DNA from: Deinococcales bacterium
Lineage (GTDB): Bacteria > Deinococcota > Deinococci > Deinococcales > JAAFIG01
Direction: 5' to 3'
Assembly: GCA_031414595.1 (NCBI GenBank)
Contig: JANNVX010000086.1
Coordinates: 48,686 to 112,685 of the forward strand
DNA length: 64,000 bases
Under the pieces are notes generated by a model. The model saw only the letters and a list, made by a program, of their open reading frames with translations, made no database searches and was not told the origin of the DNA. The translations under genes and the position numbers were made by a program. Below, in pieces: positions 9,065 through 18,171 of the stretch; within the stretch, counting starts at the first letter, position 1; the number at the start of each line of letters is the position of its first letter.

Positions 9065-9589
9065 ATGAAAAAAATTGTGTTACTGCTGCTTTTGTGTGCT
9101 TCTGTGGCTCGAGCTTCTGATGCCAGCTTAAAGGTTACACCCGCCATCAGTCTGGAACGTGGTTTGACCGTGGTGCAAGGGCAGCAACTCGAGTTTCGGG
9201 TTTCACCGGGCATCGAGAAATTACAGACCGTGACCTTAAATATCACCCGAGGCGGAAGGGTTATGGGTGAGTATGCGATGCGCCAAGACGGTGCGGATTA
9301 TGTGGCAAAATTACCACTTGAATTGCCCTACGCCCATATTGTGACGGTGCGTTTGTATCAAGAAGCCAAAGTTTGGTCTTCGGCACTGGATTTAACTGCC
9401 TTGCAACCCGAAGATGCCAAACTTGTTCCAGCCAACTCGAGTTTTACGCAAGCGCTTAATTTTTCTGTCACCGAAGGCAAAGCGGGTGGGGATGCCAATC
9501 CCTTGTGGGGCATTCTGGCATTGGTGATTTTAGGTGCTGGTGTGTTTATTGGTACTCGAGGCAAACCCAAGGTGATTTCTAATGCGTGA
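9065..9589 (+). CDS. Exported protein with C-terminal membrane anchor, hypothetical
   Basis: Signal peptide plus C-terminal TM helix. Starts 3 nt after the dnaX stop. Confidence 0.75.
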   Translation: MKKIVLLLLLCASVARASDASLKVTPAISLERGLTVVQGQQLEFRVSPGIEKLQTVTLNITRGGRVMGEYAMRQDGADYVAKLPLELPYAHIVTVRLYQEAKVWSSALDLTALQPEDAKLVPANSSFTQALNFSVTEGKAGGDANPLWGILALVILGAGVFIGTRGKPKVISNA

Positions 9590-10007
9590 ACGAACTGGTC
9601 TAACCGATGTTAAAGATGTTCTCGAGTCTGCCAAGACAATTGCCGTGCTGGGGGTCAGTGCCAACCTCGATAAACCCGCCCATTATGTGCCGCAGTACAT
9701 GTTTGAACGTGGATACAAGGTTCTGCCTGTCAATGCCTTACTTGTTGGTCAGATGATGTTTGACCAGCCTGTACTGGCTACTTTAGCTGAATTAAAACAA
9801 CCGATTGATATTGTGGACATGTTTCGCCGTTCAGAATTTCTCGAGTCACACCTAGAAGATATTCTTGCGATGCGCCCCCTACCTAAACTGGTGTGGTTAC
9901 AATTGGGGATTCGCAATGATGATTTTACAAAAAAGTTGCTCGAGGCGGGAATAGAAGTGGTGCAGGACAGGTGCTTTCTGGCGGATCATGTAGATTTGCG
10001 TTTGTGA
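9582..10007 (+). CDS. CoA-binding protein (YccU-like)
   Basis: Motifs KTIAVLGVS, GYKVLPVN, IDIVDMFR, VWLQLGI and VQDRC. Confidence 0.9.
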   Translation: MRERTGLTDVKDVLESAKTIAVLGVSANLDKPAHYVPQYMFERGYKVLPVNALLVGQMMFDQPVLATLAELKQPIDIVDMFRRSEFLESHLEDILAMRPLPKLVWLQLGIRNDDFTKKLLEAGIEVVQDRCFLADHVDLRL

Positions 10008-10045
10008 CGGATTAGTATATAACCCGTCACAACCTGCCTCATAAG

Positions 10046-11560
10046 TTAATTCAGTGTGGTTTGCACATAGCCTAAACACATTTCTTCTTCTGTGCCTTCA
10101 CCCCAAACAATGTACTTGGGTTTGCGTTGTTCGCCACCAAGGTACGGTTGGTTGGCTTGGCTGTTATCAAAGACACAAGTGATTCTAAAAGTATCGCCTG
10201 GCTGGACTTTAACAGCTTGTTCAAACCAGTAAAAACCTTGCCAATGAAAATCCCAATTGGGAATATCGAGCAGCACTTTACGATTGTCTTTGTTGGGGTT
10301 AATCTCGAGCTTGATGCTTTTGCCAAGGTAGTGCATATGACCAGCCAAACCATGCAGGGTTAAATTGGCGGGGACGGGGTACTCGCAAACCGTTTCGATT
10401 CGGGTTGCATCTGAACCGTTGATGTACTGGTCTATATTTCGCACACAGCTTCGCAGTACACTTCCGCCTTTGCGGTTGCGATTACCGCTCGAGTTATTAA
10501 GCGCTAAAACCCGTTCATAAGCGGCTTCGCGGTTACAAGCATTCTTTGGGTCATTTGGGTACGCTCCAGCACAAGGCAACTCGACGGGGGCAGTAGGGGC
10601 AAAATTCAAAATTGCTTTGAGGCGCATTCCAATTGGCGCAAGCTCGAGTTTAACTGCGCTTTGGTCGGGTTTAGCGCCGTTAGCAAGGTTGTAATGGACT
10701 TGCAGTAACAATTGCGAACCAGCCCGCAAACGAATTCCAGTGCTTTCGGGGAATTTGACGGCTGGGCTACCAGGTGCCCAAGCGCCAATCGGTTGTAAGC
10801 CATTTGCCACTCGAGGACCGCCAAAACAAGTGTAGCCATCGCGGTTATCGCCTTCGTCACGCTCGAGTTTTTGCGCCTCATTAATCAAACCCGCCTCGAG
10901 TTCAAACATCAAGACATGATGCACCACTGCCTTATTGCCCGGCAGGATGTCGTACCCCGTAATAAAACGTTCGCCTTCGAGCTTAGGGTCTACCCGAAAA
11001 CAACGGTACTCATCGGATAGGGTCTTATTTGGCACAAATAACTGAGGCATAGACAATTTCAGGTCTGAGCGAACATTGACCTTGGTGACTCGAGACTCGG
11101 CAGAAACAGCTTTTTTGCTGTCGCCAGCCGGAGCGCCACTCCAAGACCAATTGGCAAGAATCGCAATTTCGTCTTTACTGAGGCGCAATTCGTGCTTTAA
11201 CTTAGGACTTTCACCGTTGGGCGGAAAAGGTGGCATTCTTTGCGCCCGAGTATCCAAGTAAATTTGCCGATGATAGGCTGTGACAGTTTTCAGGTTGTCT
11301 AAAGCAAATGGAGCAATACCGTCTTGGACATGGCAAGAGACACAATTTGCCTCGAGAATCGGTTTGACATGCTGGTAATAATTGGGAATGTAATCCAGAA
11401 GGGGTGGCACGGTGCTGCCGTTGTTGCCGGCTAGACTTAAGTGTGCGCCATGCTTAGAGACTGGACGGGTCTCACCAGCCCCAACCGAACGAAACGCCAT
11501 GCCAATTGCACCGAGTCCAAAAAGACAGGCAGCCGCCAAAACCAGTTGTGAACTTTTCAT
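10046..11560 (-). CDS. Secreted copper type II ascorbate-dependent monooxygenase-like protein with N-terminal c-type heme motif
   Basis: Signal peptide, CVSCH, DEYRCF, VVHH, LQVHY, HMHYLG, WDFHWQ and EEMC. Confidence 0.8.
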   Translation of the reverse strand: MKSSQLVLAAACLFGLGAIGMAFRSVGAGETRPVSKHGAHLSLAGNNGSTVPPLLDYIPNYYQHVKPILEANCVSCHVQDGIAPFALDNLKTVTAYHRQIYLDTRAQRMPPFPPNGESPKLKHELRLSKDEIAILANWSWSGAPAGDSKKAVSAESRVTKVNVRSDLKLSMPQLFVPNKTLSDEYRCFRVDPKLEGERFITGYDILPGNKAVVHHVLMFELEAGLINEAQKLERDEGDNRDGYTCFGGPRVANGLQPIGAWAPGSPAVKFPESTGIRLRAGSQLLLQVHYNLANGAKPDQSAVKLELAPIGMRLKAILNFAPTAPVELPCAGAYPNDPKNACNREAAYERVLALNNSSGNRNRKGGSVLRSCVRNIDQYINGSDATRIETVCEYPVPANLTLHGLAGHMHYLGKSIKLEINPNKDNRKVLLDIPNWDFHWQGFYWFEQAVKVQPGDTFRITCVFDNSQANQPYLGGEQRKPKYIVWGEGTEEEMCLGYVQTTLN

Positions 11561-11634
11561 GAAACCAGCATAGCCTCTAAAAGGTCATGAATCAAGCATG
11601 GAAATTACGATTCTCGAGCCGTACAATAAAAACC

Positions 11635-12348
11635 ATGAAAAACCCGATGATTTTACTCTTGGCACTGACCCTGCTTGGTTTTGCCACCGCCCAAAACCGC
11701 ACCTTGGAAACCGCAAAAACCTTGTATGGCAAAGGTGACTTCAAGGGTGCGGTACAAATTGCCGAAGATATTCTCACTTCCGACGGTCAAGCCTTTGCCG
11801 CCAAAGCCAACAACACCTATGCCCTGACCCAAGCCGACAGCAAACAAGACCCCATTTATGGGCAATCCGAAAAATACGCCCGCAAAGCCATTTCGCTCGA
11901 TACAAAAAACCCAGAAGCCTACTTTGAACTGGCAAGGGCTTTAGGACGCTTAAGTCAATTGCGCGGCGTAGGTGCAGCTTTAGCCCAAGGACTCGGAACG
12001 CAAATCCGAGAGAGCTTAGAAAGCGCCCTGCAATACGACCCAAAACACGCCCCAAGCATGGTGGGTTACGGGCTTTGGCATGCCGAAATTGTCAGTAAAG
12101 GTGTGGGCTGGTTGTACGGTGCAAGTGCTGAAGCTGCTGTTTTGTACTTTGAACGCGCCATTAAACTCGAGCCGAAAATGATTATCCATAAAGTCGAATA
12201 TGCCAGAGGGCTACTGCTGCTCGACAAGAAAAAGTATCTCGAGAAAGCTATAGATTTACTCGAGGAAGCCATTAAACTCAAACCCGAAGATGCTGCTGAA
12301 CAACTCGATTTGACTCGAGCCAAAGCCGATTTGGCTGCCCTACGTTAA
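11635..12348 (+). CDS. Secreted TPR-like helical repeat protein
   Basis: Signal peptide from M11635 (TACAAT 7 nt upstream). TPR-like A..LDP repeats. Confidence 0.75.
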   Translation: MKNPMILLLALTLLGFATAQNRTLETAKTLYGKGDFKGAVQIAEDILTSDGQAFAAKANNTYALTQADSKQDPIYGQSEKYARKAISLDTKNPEAYFELARALGRLSQLRGVGAALAQGLGTQIRESLESALQYDPKHAPSMVGYGLWHAEIVSKGVGWLYGASAEAAVLYFERAIKLEPKMIIHKVEYARGLLLLDKKKYLEKAIDLLEEAIKLKPEDAAEQLDLTRAKADLAALR

Positions 12349-13092
12349 TAAATCACGCAGGGTTTGCAGGTATTCACGGTGTGTAAAATCAAGCCGCAAA
12401 GGTGTGACCGAAATAAAACCTTGTTCAACCGCCGTGTAATCCGAATCCGCTTCGGTGTCGCCTGTCGCCACACCACCGACCCAATAATAGGTTTTACCTT
12501 CTGGGTCGCGTCGTTCAGAAACATTATCCTCGTAATGATGTGTGCCTTGTACCGTCACCCGCACACCTTTGGGAATACCGGTGGGGATATTGACGTTCAG
12601 TACAGTTTTACTCGGTAAGCCCTGCTCGAGAATCTGAGCCGCCAAAACCCGAGCAAAGGCGGCACTGTGTGCATAATCCATATCATCGGAAAACGACTGG
12701 CTAAAAGCAATACTGGGGATTCCAATGTGCGTCCCTTCGATGGCACAAGCAAACGTTCCAGAATGGGTTAAATCGTAGCCAAGGTTCGGTCCGTAATTGA
12801 TGCCGCTAACCACCAAATCTGGTTTGCCAAGCTGATGAACCCCCATCACCACACAATCGGTCGGTGTGCCATCCACACGGTAGGCTTTAATACTTGGATG
12901 TAAGCCCTCGAGCTTGGTTGACTTAAAACGCAACGGACGACGAATTGTAATCCCGTGTCCGACACCAGATTGTTCAAATTCAGGGGCAACAATCACCACA
13001 TTGGCAAGGTCGGCAAGGGCGTTAGCAAGGGCGAGAAGTCCATGACTGTAAACACCATCGTCGTTAGCCACCAAAATTGTTTTTCGGTTCAT
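12340..13092 (-). CDS. surE: 5'/3'-nucleotidase SurE
   Basis: Motifs ILVANDDG, EQSGVG, DGTPTDCV, SGINYGPNLG and SVTPL. Confidence 0.95.
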   Translation of the reverse strand: MNRKTILVANDDGVYSHGLLALANALADLANVVIVAPEFEQSGVGHGITIRRPLRFKSTKLEGLHPSIKAYRVDGTPTDCVVMGVHQLGKPDLVVSGINYGPNLGYDLTHSGTFACAIEGTHIGIPSIAFSQSFSDDMDYAHSAAFARVLAAQILEQGLPSKTVLNVNIPTGIPKGVRVTVQGTHHYEDNVSERRDPEGKTYYWVGGVATGDTEADSDYTAVEQGFISVTPLRLDFTHREYLQTLRDLLT

Positions 13093-13144
13093 CAGGCTAG
13101 GATTCTACGCTTTTGCCTTTCGCCTTTTGGGTTATGCTTATTCG

Positions 13145-13873
13145 GTGTTGGATTTATGTTTAATTGTGGCGCATCCCGATGACGAATGCTACGGCACTGG
13201 TGGGACATTGGCAGAATATGCCGCCAAAGGGCTAAAAACGGGCTTAATCACCCTAACCAAAGGCTCGAGTGGACGCAGCTTGGGCTTGTGTTCCCAAGAA
13301 GAACTGCCAGAATTTAGAGCCAAAGAGTTAATGGGCAGTGTCCAAGCGCTGAGCATCAGCAATTTTGTACATCTCGAGTACCCCGACGCAGCCCCAGCCG
13401 CTCGGGACAGCAACCATAAAGATGACGCGCCAGCCTTGTTTTTGGGCGGTTTACAAGATTTTGTCCCCCAAGCCACGGCTGAAGTTGTGGCGCTGCTCGA
13501 GACTTGGCAACCCAAAGTGGTGATTACTTTTGCAGCCGATGGTGGTAATCGGCATCCAGACCATGTGGCTTCGCATTTTATTACCATGGCTGCCCTCGAG
13601 CAAACTGGGTTGTTAGCCAAAGGCACAAAGGTTTTTGCCTTTGCCAATCCGATGTTACTCAATCCAGACTGGGCAGATACATGGTTGCCACCAACCCATT
13701 TTCGGGATGTGACGGCGCATTTAGTGCCAAAATTTAAGGCAATTGCCTCGCACCGCACCCAAGCCTTGTCCACAGTCGGGTTTTTAGCAAGGCTACCTGA
13801 ACGGGTTGCCCTCGAGACTTTCAGGCAACTCGTGCCAAAGTTAGATAATACAGAACCACAATCCGAGTTCTAA
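13145..13873 (+). CDS. PIG-L/LmbE family deacetylase (BshB-like)
   Basis: Motifs AHPDDE, HPDH and HRTQ. GTG 13145 chosen as start because TATGCT lies 6 nt upstream. Confidence 0.88.
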   Translation: MLDLCLIVAHPDDECYGTGGTLAEYAAKGLKTGLITLTKGSSGRSLGLCSQEELPEFRAKELMGSVQALSISNFVHLEYPDAAPAARDSNHKDDAPALFLGGLQDFVPQATAEVVALLETWQPKVVITFAADGGNRHPDHVASHFITMAALEQTGLLAKGTKVFAFANPMLLNPDWADTWLPPTHFRDVTAHLVPKFKAIASHRTQALSTVGFLARLPERVALETFRQLVPKLDNTEPQSEF

Positions 13874-13888
13874 GGTAGACTGTGTTTA

Positions 13889-14869
13889 ATGAACCAATTT
13901 GAAGCACCAGCCAGAACAGTTCTGACCGCCAAAGACCCGAGCATCGAAGCCCAAAGTGTCTCGAAACGCTATGGGCGTTATCCTGTGCTGGAAGCGGTTT
14001 CGTTTAAGGTACTGCCCGGCGAAGTGTATGCTTTAGCAGGACCAAACGGCGCGGGCAAAACCACTTTAATTCGGATTATCACCGGTTTATCCTTTCCGAC
14101 TTCTGGCAAAATCCTGCTTTGCGGCGAGGATGTTCACACTGGGGGTTCAAAAGTACGCCGAGCTTTAGGCGCAGTGGTCGAAGCACCGGCAGCCTTTTAT
14201 CCGCACATGACCGGACGCGACAACCTGATGGCTCATGCCAAATTAGCTGGTGGGGTGGGATTTTCTACCGACCACCGCAATCCGCTATTGTTAGACGAGA
14301 ACCGCATCCGCGAAGTGATTACCAATGTCGAACTGACCCGAATGCAAGACCGTTTTGTGCGCGAATACAGCCTAGGGCAACGCCAACGCCTCGGACTCGC
14401 CGCCGCCATCCTGACCAACCCTCGAGTGCTGGTTTTGGATGAACCGACCAGTGGACTAGACCCCTTGGGCATCAACCTTGTTCACCGTGTTTTATCGGGC
14501 ATGGCAGCCACGGGTACAGCCGTGATTCTAAGCACCCACCACCTGCGCGAAGTCAGTCAGTACGCCCACCGCGTCGGTATCCTCTCGAGCGGCAAGTTAT
14601 TAGACGAAGTAGACCTAGGCGCACGCAGTAGCGCTTACCGTTTTAGGGTAGATGATGCCCCTCGAGCCGCTGCCGCCATGTCAACCCAACCCTTTGTGGT
14701 GCGTTCCTTTGCCCGTCCGCCTTATGTGATTGTCCATTTGGATTCTGAACTTCGCGCCCCAGATGCCATCCGAGCCTTGGCAGTCGAAGGTATCCGAATG
14801 TTTGAAGCCAACCCAGACCATTTTGATTTATACGAGTATTACCGTGAACGGGTCGAAAGAGAATTTTAA
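13889..14869 (+). CDS. ABC transporter ATP-binding protein
   Basis: Motifs GPNGAGKTT, YSLGQRQR, LDEPT and H-loop. Confidence 0.93.
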   Translation: MNQFEAPARTVLTAKDPSIEAQSVSKRYGRYPVLEAVSFKVLPGEVYALAGPNGAGKTTLIRIITGLSFPTSGKILLCGEDVHTGGSKVRRALGAVVEAPAAFYPHMTGRDNLMAHAKLAGGVGFSTDHRNPLLLDENRIREVITNVELTRMQDRFVREYSLGQRQRLGLAAAILTNPRVLVLDEPTSGLDPLGINLVHRVLSGMAATGTAVILSTHHLREVSQYAHRVGILSSGKLLDEVDLGARSSAYRFRVDDAPRAAAAMSTQPFVVRSFARPPYVIVHLDSELRAPDAIRALAVEGIRMFEANPDHFDLYEYYRERVEREF

Positions 14870-14961
14870 GCTATGAGTCTCGAGCTACGGGCTATGAGCT
14901 ATGAGCTATAAGGAAAATCACACCCACGGTTCACCTTTTAACCCTTTCACCTTTTAACCCT
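14870..14961. repeat. Short tandem repeats: heptamer GCTATGA array plus a 16-bp TTCACCTTTTAACCCT doublet
   Basis: Six 7-bp units at 14870-14911 and two 16-bp units at 14930-14961. Confidence 0.75.
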
Positions 14962-14978
14962 GCCCTTAAAGGAATCCC

Positions 14979-15803
14979 ATGACAAAAAATCTTTCTAATC
15001 GCGTTGGTTACGGTGTTCTTTCGCTCGAGTTCCGTAAATTACTGGGTTTTCGCAGTGTGCGGCTTGGTTTGCTGGTGGCTTTTATTCTGCCAGCCATTCT
15101 GACGCTTGCCCCCGATGAGGGAATCGCCCAAGTGATTGGGGCGGATGTGATTCTGGTTTCGGGTTGGCAAGTTCCCGGGATGGCGCTCTATATCATGATG
15201 CCGTTTATGTTGCCGTTACTGACGGCTGTGACTTGTGCCGAGTTGGTTGGCGGCGAAATGGACTGGGGGACACTGCGCCCGTTGTTACTGCGCCCAGTCT
15301 CGAGAACCCGTGTGATTCTTTCTAAGCTGATGGTAGCCATGCTCTACCCATTTTTGCTGCTTTTAAGCACCTTGTTTGGTGGTTTGTTGGTCGGCGGAAT
15401 TCGCTTTGGCTTGGGTACATTTTTGGGAGGCACGGGCTTAGGCGATGGTGCTTTTGTCGGGGTTGGCGAACTTGCACCTTTTAGTGCTTTAGCCGAACTT
15501 GCCCAAGGATATATGATTTCTGGTGTAATTTTATCGCCAATTGCAGTTCTGGCGATTGTTTTTGGGGTGCTGTACTTAAATACCGCAGCCGCAGCCTTGG
15601 CGGGGGTTGGCAGTATTTTGATGATGGGAATGCTGAAAGTCTTTGTCTGGTTGCGCCCGTTACTCTTAACCGAACATTTGGATGCGTACTCACCGTTACG
15701 AGCAAGCACCTACACCACCCAGCAATCCCTTATTTTGCTGATTATTTACACAAGCATTGGAATTGTTGCCAGTATGCTCATTTTTGAACGTAAGGACTTA
15801 TAA
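14979..15803 (+). CDS. ABC-2 type transporter permease
   Basis: About 6 TM helices, GGEMDWGTLRPLLLRPVSR motif, C-terminal FERKDL. Confidence 0.9.
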   Translation: MTKNLSNRVGYGVLSLEFRKLLGFRSVRLGLLVAFILPAILTLAPDEGIAQVIGADVILVSGWQVPGMALYIMMPFMLPLLTAVTCAELVGGEMDWGTLRPLLLRPVSRTRVILSKLMVAMLYPFLLLLSTLFGGLLVGGIRFGLGTFLGGTGLGDGAFVGVGELAPFSALAELAQGYMISGVILSPIAVLAIVFGVLYLNTAAAALAGVGSILMMGMLKVFVWLRPLLLTEHLDAYSPLRASTYTTQQSLILLIIYTSIGIVASMLIFERKDL

Positions 15804-15819
15804 CTCAGTTCTCGAGGCG

Positions 15820-16299
15820 CTACGATTCCGAGCCAAGCAACCTGACCATATGTTTGGCTTTGGTGTCCTTGTAGCCTTCACGGGTGGCAATCACATCAAG
15901 GTGGCTATCGGCAAGCAAATGAAGTTCGTAAACCGCACCATCAAAAGCACTTTTGGTGACACAATGCAGCAAGCCCGGTAAGCAACCCGGGGGGGCATCG
16001 GGGTGAACCCGAATACTCGAGACCCAGACAAAAGCCTTATCGCCCATCCAAACACTCTGCGCCAAAATAAAACCATAGACGGTACTAGGCAAGGTTTCGG
16101 ACTGGGTACTGGCATCTATTGCCACAAAACTATGTTCGCTTCTGGCATAGAACAGCAGCGCTGGTAAACTGCTGCGTAAAGCGGCTGTTCGGTCTTTTTG
16201 GCTTAACGAATCAAAATTGGCATTCTCGAGCCGAGCAAGTTCTAAATCCAGAGCCTGCATTCCGGGGTAATCCATTTCACAAGGAGGGCGGTAAATCAT
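15820..16299 (-). CDS. DUF1999-family protein (Deinococcus-Thermus GNAT-like fold)
   Basis: SLPALLFYARSEHSFVA, GFILAQSVWMGD and KSAFDGAVYE recall DUF1999. Start at MIYR, TAAACT 7 nt upstream. Confidence 0.75.
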   Translation of the reverse strand: MIYRPPCEMDYPGMQALDLELARLENANFDSLSQKDRTAALRSSLPALLFYARSEHSFVAIDASTQSETLPSTVYGFILAQSVWMGDKAFVWVSSIRVHPDAPPGCLPGLLHCVTKSAFDGAVYELHLLADSHLDVIATREGYKDTKAKHMVRLLGSES

Positions 16300-16344
16300 G
16301 AGGAGCAGTTTAACCAATTCAGGCAATTAAAGTTGGGAATGCGA

Positions 16345-16372
16345 ACACCCGCCGTTGGGGAGCGGCGGGTGT
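16345..16372 (-). terminator. Hairpin terminator downstream of the alx operon
   Basis: Inverted repeat ACACCCGCCG...CGGCGGGTGT. Confidence 0.6.
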
Positions 16373-16409
16373 GGTTAAACAGCGCGTTTGGGGAAGGACG
16401 CGCTAAGGG

Positions 16410-16778
16410 CTAGTCAAAAATATCGAAAATTCTACCCAAGGTACTTTTCTTCTTTTTGCCGTATTCATTACCATAACGACGGCGGTCATCGTCATTATCA
16501 TCGTCTTCGCGGCGATAACGTGGGTCTGGCTGGGCATAACGTGGGTCTGGTTGAGTACGTGGGTCTGGCTGGGCATACTGCGGCACTTGTGGGGCTGGGA
16601 CTCGAGGAGCAATTGGTTCGCCGTATTCGCGTTCCATTTCACGGGCGACTTGCAGCAGTTTCTCGAGTTCCCCACGGTCTAACCAGACCCCTTTGCATTC
16701 AGGGCAGACATCAATCGTCACGCCGTTTTTGTTCATTTCCATCAGGGGCGTACCATCTATTGGACAGAGCTTTTGCAT
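16410..16778 (-). CDS. zf-TFIIB-type zinc-ribbon protein with QPDPR repeats
   Basis: CPxDxxxL...IDVCPECKGVWLDRGELEK at the N-terminus and KKKKSTLGRIFDIFD at the C-terminus. GGAAGGA RBS. Confidence 0.85.
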   Translation of the reverse strand: MQKLCPIDGTPLMEMNKNGVTIDVCPECKGVWLDRGELEKLLQVAREMEREYGEPIAPRVPAPQVPQYAQPDPRTQPDPRYAQPDPRYRREDDDNDDDRRRYGNEYGKKKKSTLGRIFDIFD

Positions 16779-16779
16779 T

Positions 16780-16875
16780 TTACTTCCTTCCTTTAGTTTT
16801 TACGGGAATGGGCTTCGGGGTTCTTAAGACGATTAAAACTGCAATTCCGACAAGTCCTAGGGCAATCAGTTCCAT
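16780..16875 (-). CDS. 31-aa single-TM microprotein
   Basis: AGGAGA RBS, then MELIALGLVGIAVLIVLRTPKPIPVKTKGRK. Fills the gap between alx and the Zn-ribbon gene. Confidence 0.6.
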   Translation of the reverse strand: MELIALGLVGIAVLIVLRTPKPIPVKTKGRK

Positions 16876-16882
16876 GTTTCTC

Positions 16883-17881
16883 CTACGTAGTAATGGGTTT
16901 AGAGGTGCTGTCATCATCTTTGGTTTTGATAAGGCTGTAAACAATTCCAGCCCCAAGAATAACGAAGGTAATAACCAGTGAGATGATTGGGTCGAGTTTG
17001 CCAAAAATTTGATTAAAGAAGACTTTGCCACCAATAAATATCAGCACGATACTGAGCGAATACTTAAGGTACTTGAAGCGGTGAATCATGGCAGCCAAGG
17101 CAAAGTACAAAGCCCTTAAGCCAAGAATTGCAAAGATGTTACTGGTGTAGACAATAAACGGGTCGGTGGTGATGGCAAAAATGGCTGGGACGCTATCTAC
17201 TGCAAAGACCAAATCGGCAACTTCAACCAGAATTAAGGCAAGAAATAAGGGAGTGGCAAACCGCGCCAATTTGCCTGTTTTCGGGTCTGGTTTCTGCACA
17301 AAGAACTTCTCGCCATGCAGTTCATCGGTGACTTTCATTCGGCTACGAAGAAATTTTAGGACGGGATTTTTACTCAGGTCAGTTTCGTGTTCCTTGTCGG
17401 CTATCGCATCCAAAAGCATTTTAACGCCAGTCAGTAACAAAAACGCCGCAAAGATGTACATAATCCAATCAAATTGCTGAATAAGCGTCGCACCAAGCGC
17501 AATCATGATGCCACGCAGCACAATCACACCAATAATGCCCCAGAATAGAACCCGATGCTGATACTTACGTGGAATAGCAAAATAGGTAAAAATCAGCGAA
17601 ATCACAAAGATGTTATCAAGCGCTAAGGTCTTTTCGATAAAAAAACCTGTGTAATACTGAATTGCCGATGTCTGCCCGAGTTCAAACCAAATCCAAGCCC
17701 CATAGACAAGCGCAATGCTAATGTAAAAGGCACTCATCCAAAGCGACTGAGCCACTCCGATTTCCTCGTTTTTCTTATGCAGCACACCCAAATCCAGCAC
17801 CAACAAAACCAAGACAATCGCAATAAAAACCAACCAAATCCAAGCCGCTTTACCCAAGAACAACGCCGTTAAAAATTCCAT
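16883..17881 (-). CDS. alx: TerC/Alx family Mn-related membrane protein
   Basis: Motifs EKTLALDNIFV, QHRVLFWG, DLVFAVDSVPA and SNIFAILGLR. Start at MEFL (17881), downstream of the riboswitch. Confidence 0.9.
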   Translation of the reverse strand: MEFLTALFLGKAAWIWLVFIAIVLVLLVLDLGVLHKKNEEIGVAQSLWMSAFYISIALVYGAWIWFELGQTSAIQYYTGFFIEKTLALDNIFVISLIFTYFAIPRKYQHRVLFWGIIGVIVLRGIMIALGATLIQQFDWIMYIFAAFLLLTGVKMLLDAIADKEHETDLSKNPVLKFLRSRMKVTDELHGEKFFVQKPDPKTGKLARFATPLFLALILVEVADLVFAVDSVPAIFAITTDPFIVYTSNIFAILGLRALYFALAAMIHRFKYLKYSLSIVLIFIGGKVFFNQIFGKLDPIISLVITFVILGAGIVYSLIKTKDDDSTSKPITT

Positions 17882-17920
17882 TTTGAACACCCCAAAAAAA
17901 TAAAGAACCCGAAGCGAAAT

Positions 17921-18028
17921 GCCTCGAGTCTGGCTTTTGCTGTACGCACCGAAGCGCTCCAAGCGCTCGAATTGACGATGCACACACCTGTCTTTTTTCC
18001 CCAGACAGGAAGCTACTCCCTCGTGAGG
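17921..18028 (-). promoter_or_regulatory. yybP-ykoY manganese riboswitch
   Basis: Minus strand reads CGAGGGAGTAGC...CCTGTCT/AGACAGG stem...CGTCAATTCG...CGGTGC...GCCAGACTCG. It lies directly upstream of a TerC/Alx gene, and an overlapping terminator-like hairpin with a U-tract follows. Confidence 0.85.
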
Positions 18029-18171
18029 GGTACTTTAACAGGCTCGAGGCATACAAGTCTCGAGCCTTGGAAACATTCGCGGTTAAAAGGATGATATTTA
18101 CTTGCTGAACAGAATTTTCTCGAGTTTTGAAGATTTTCTTCTTCTTAGCAATAATCGTAGTATTTTATCGT

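Noticed and set aside
16388-16981. 197-aa plus-strand ORF with VGLAGH repeats
   Set aside because: Antisense shadow of the QPDPR repeats in the Zn-ribbon gene.
17882-17983. N-terminal extension of alx in the ORF track
   Set aside because: Overlaps the riboswitch and its terminator. The true start is probably 17881.
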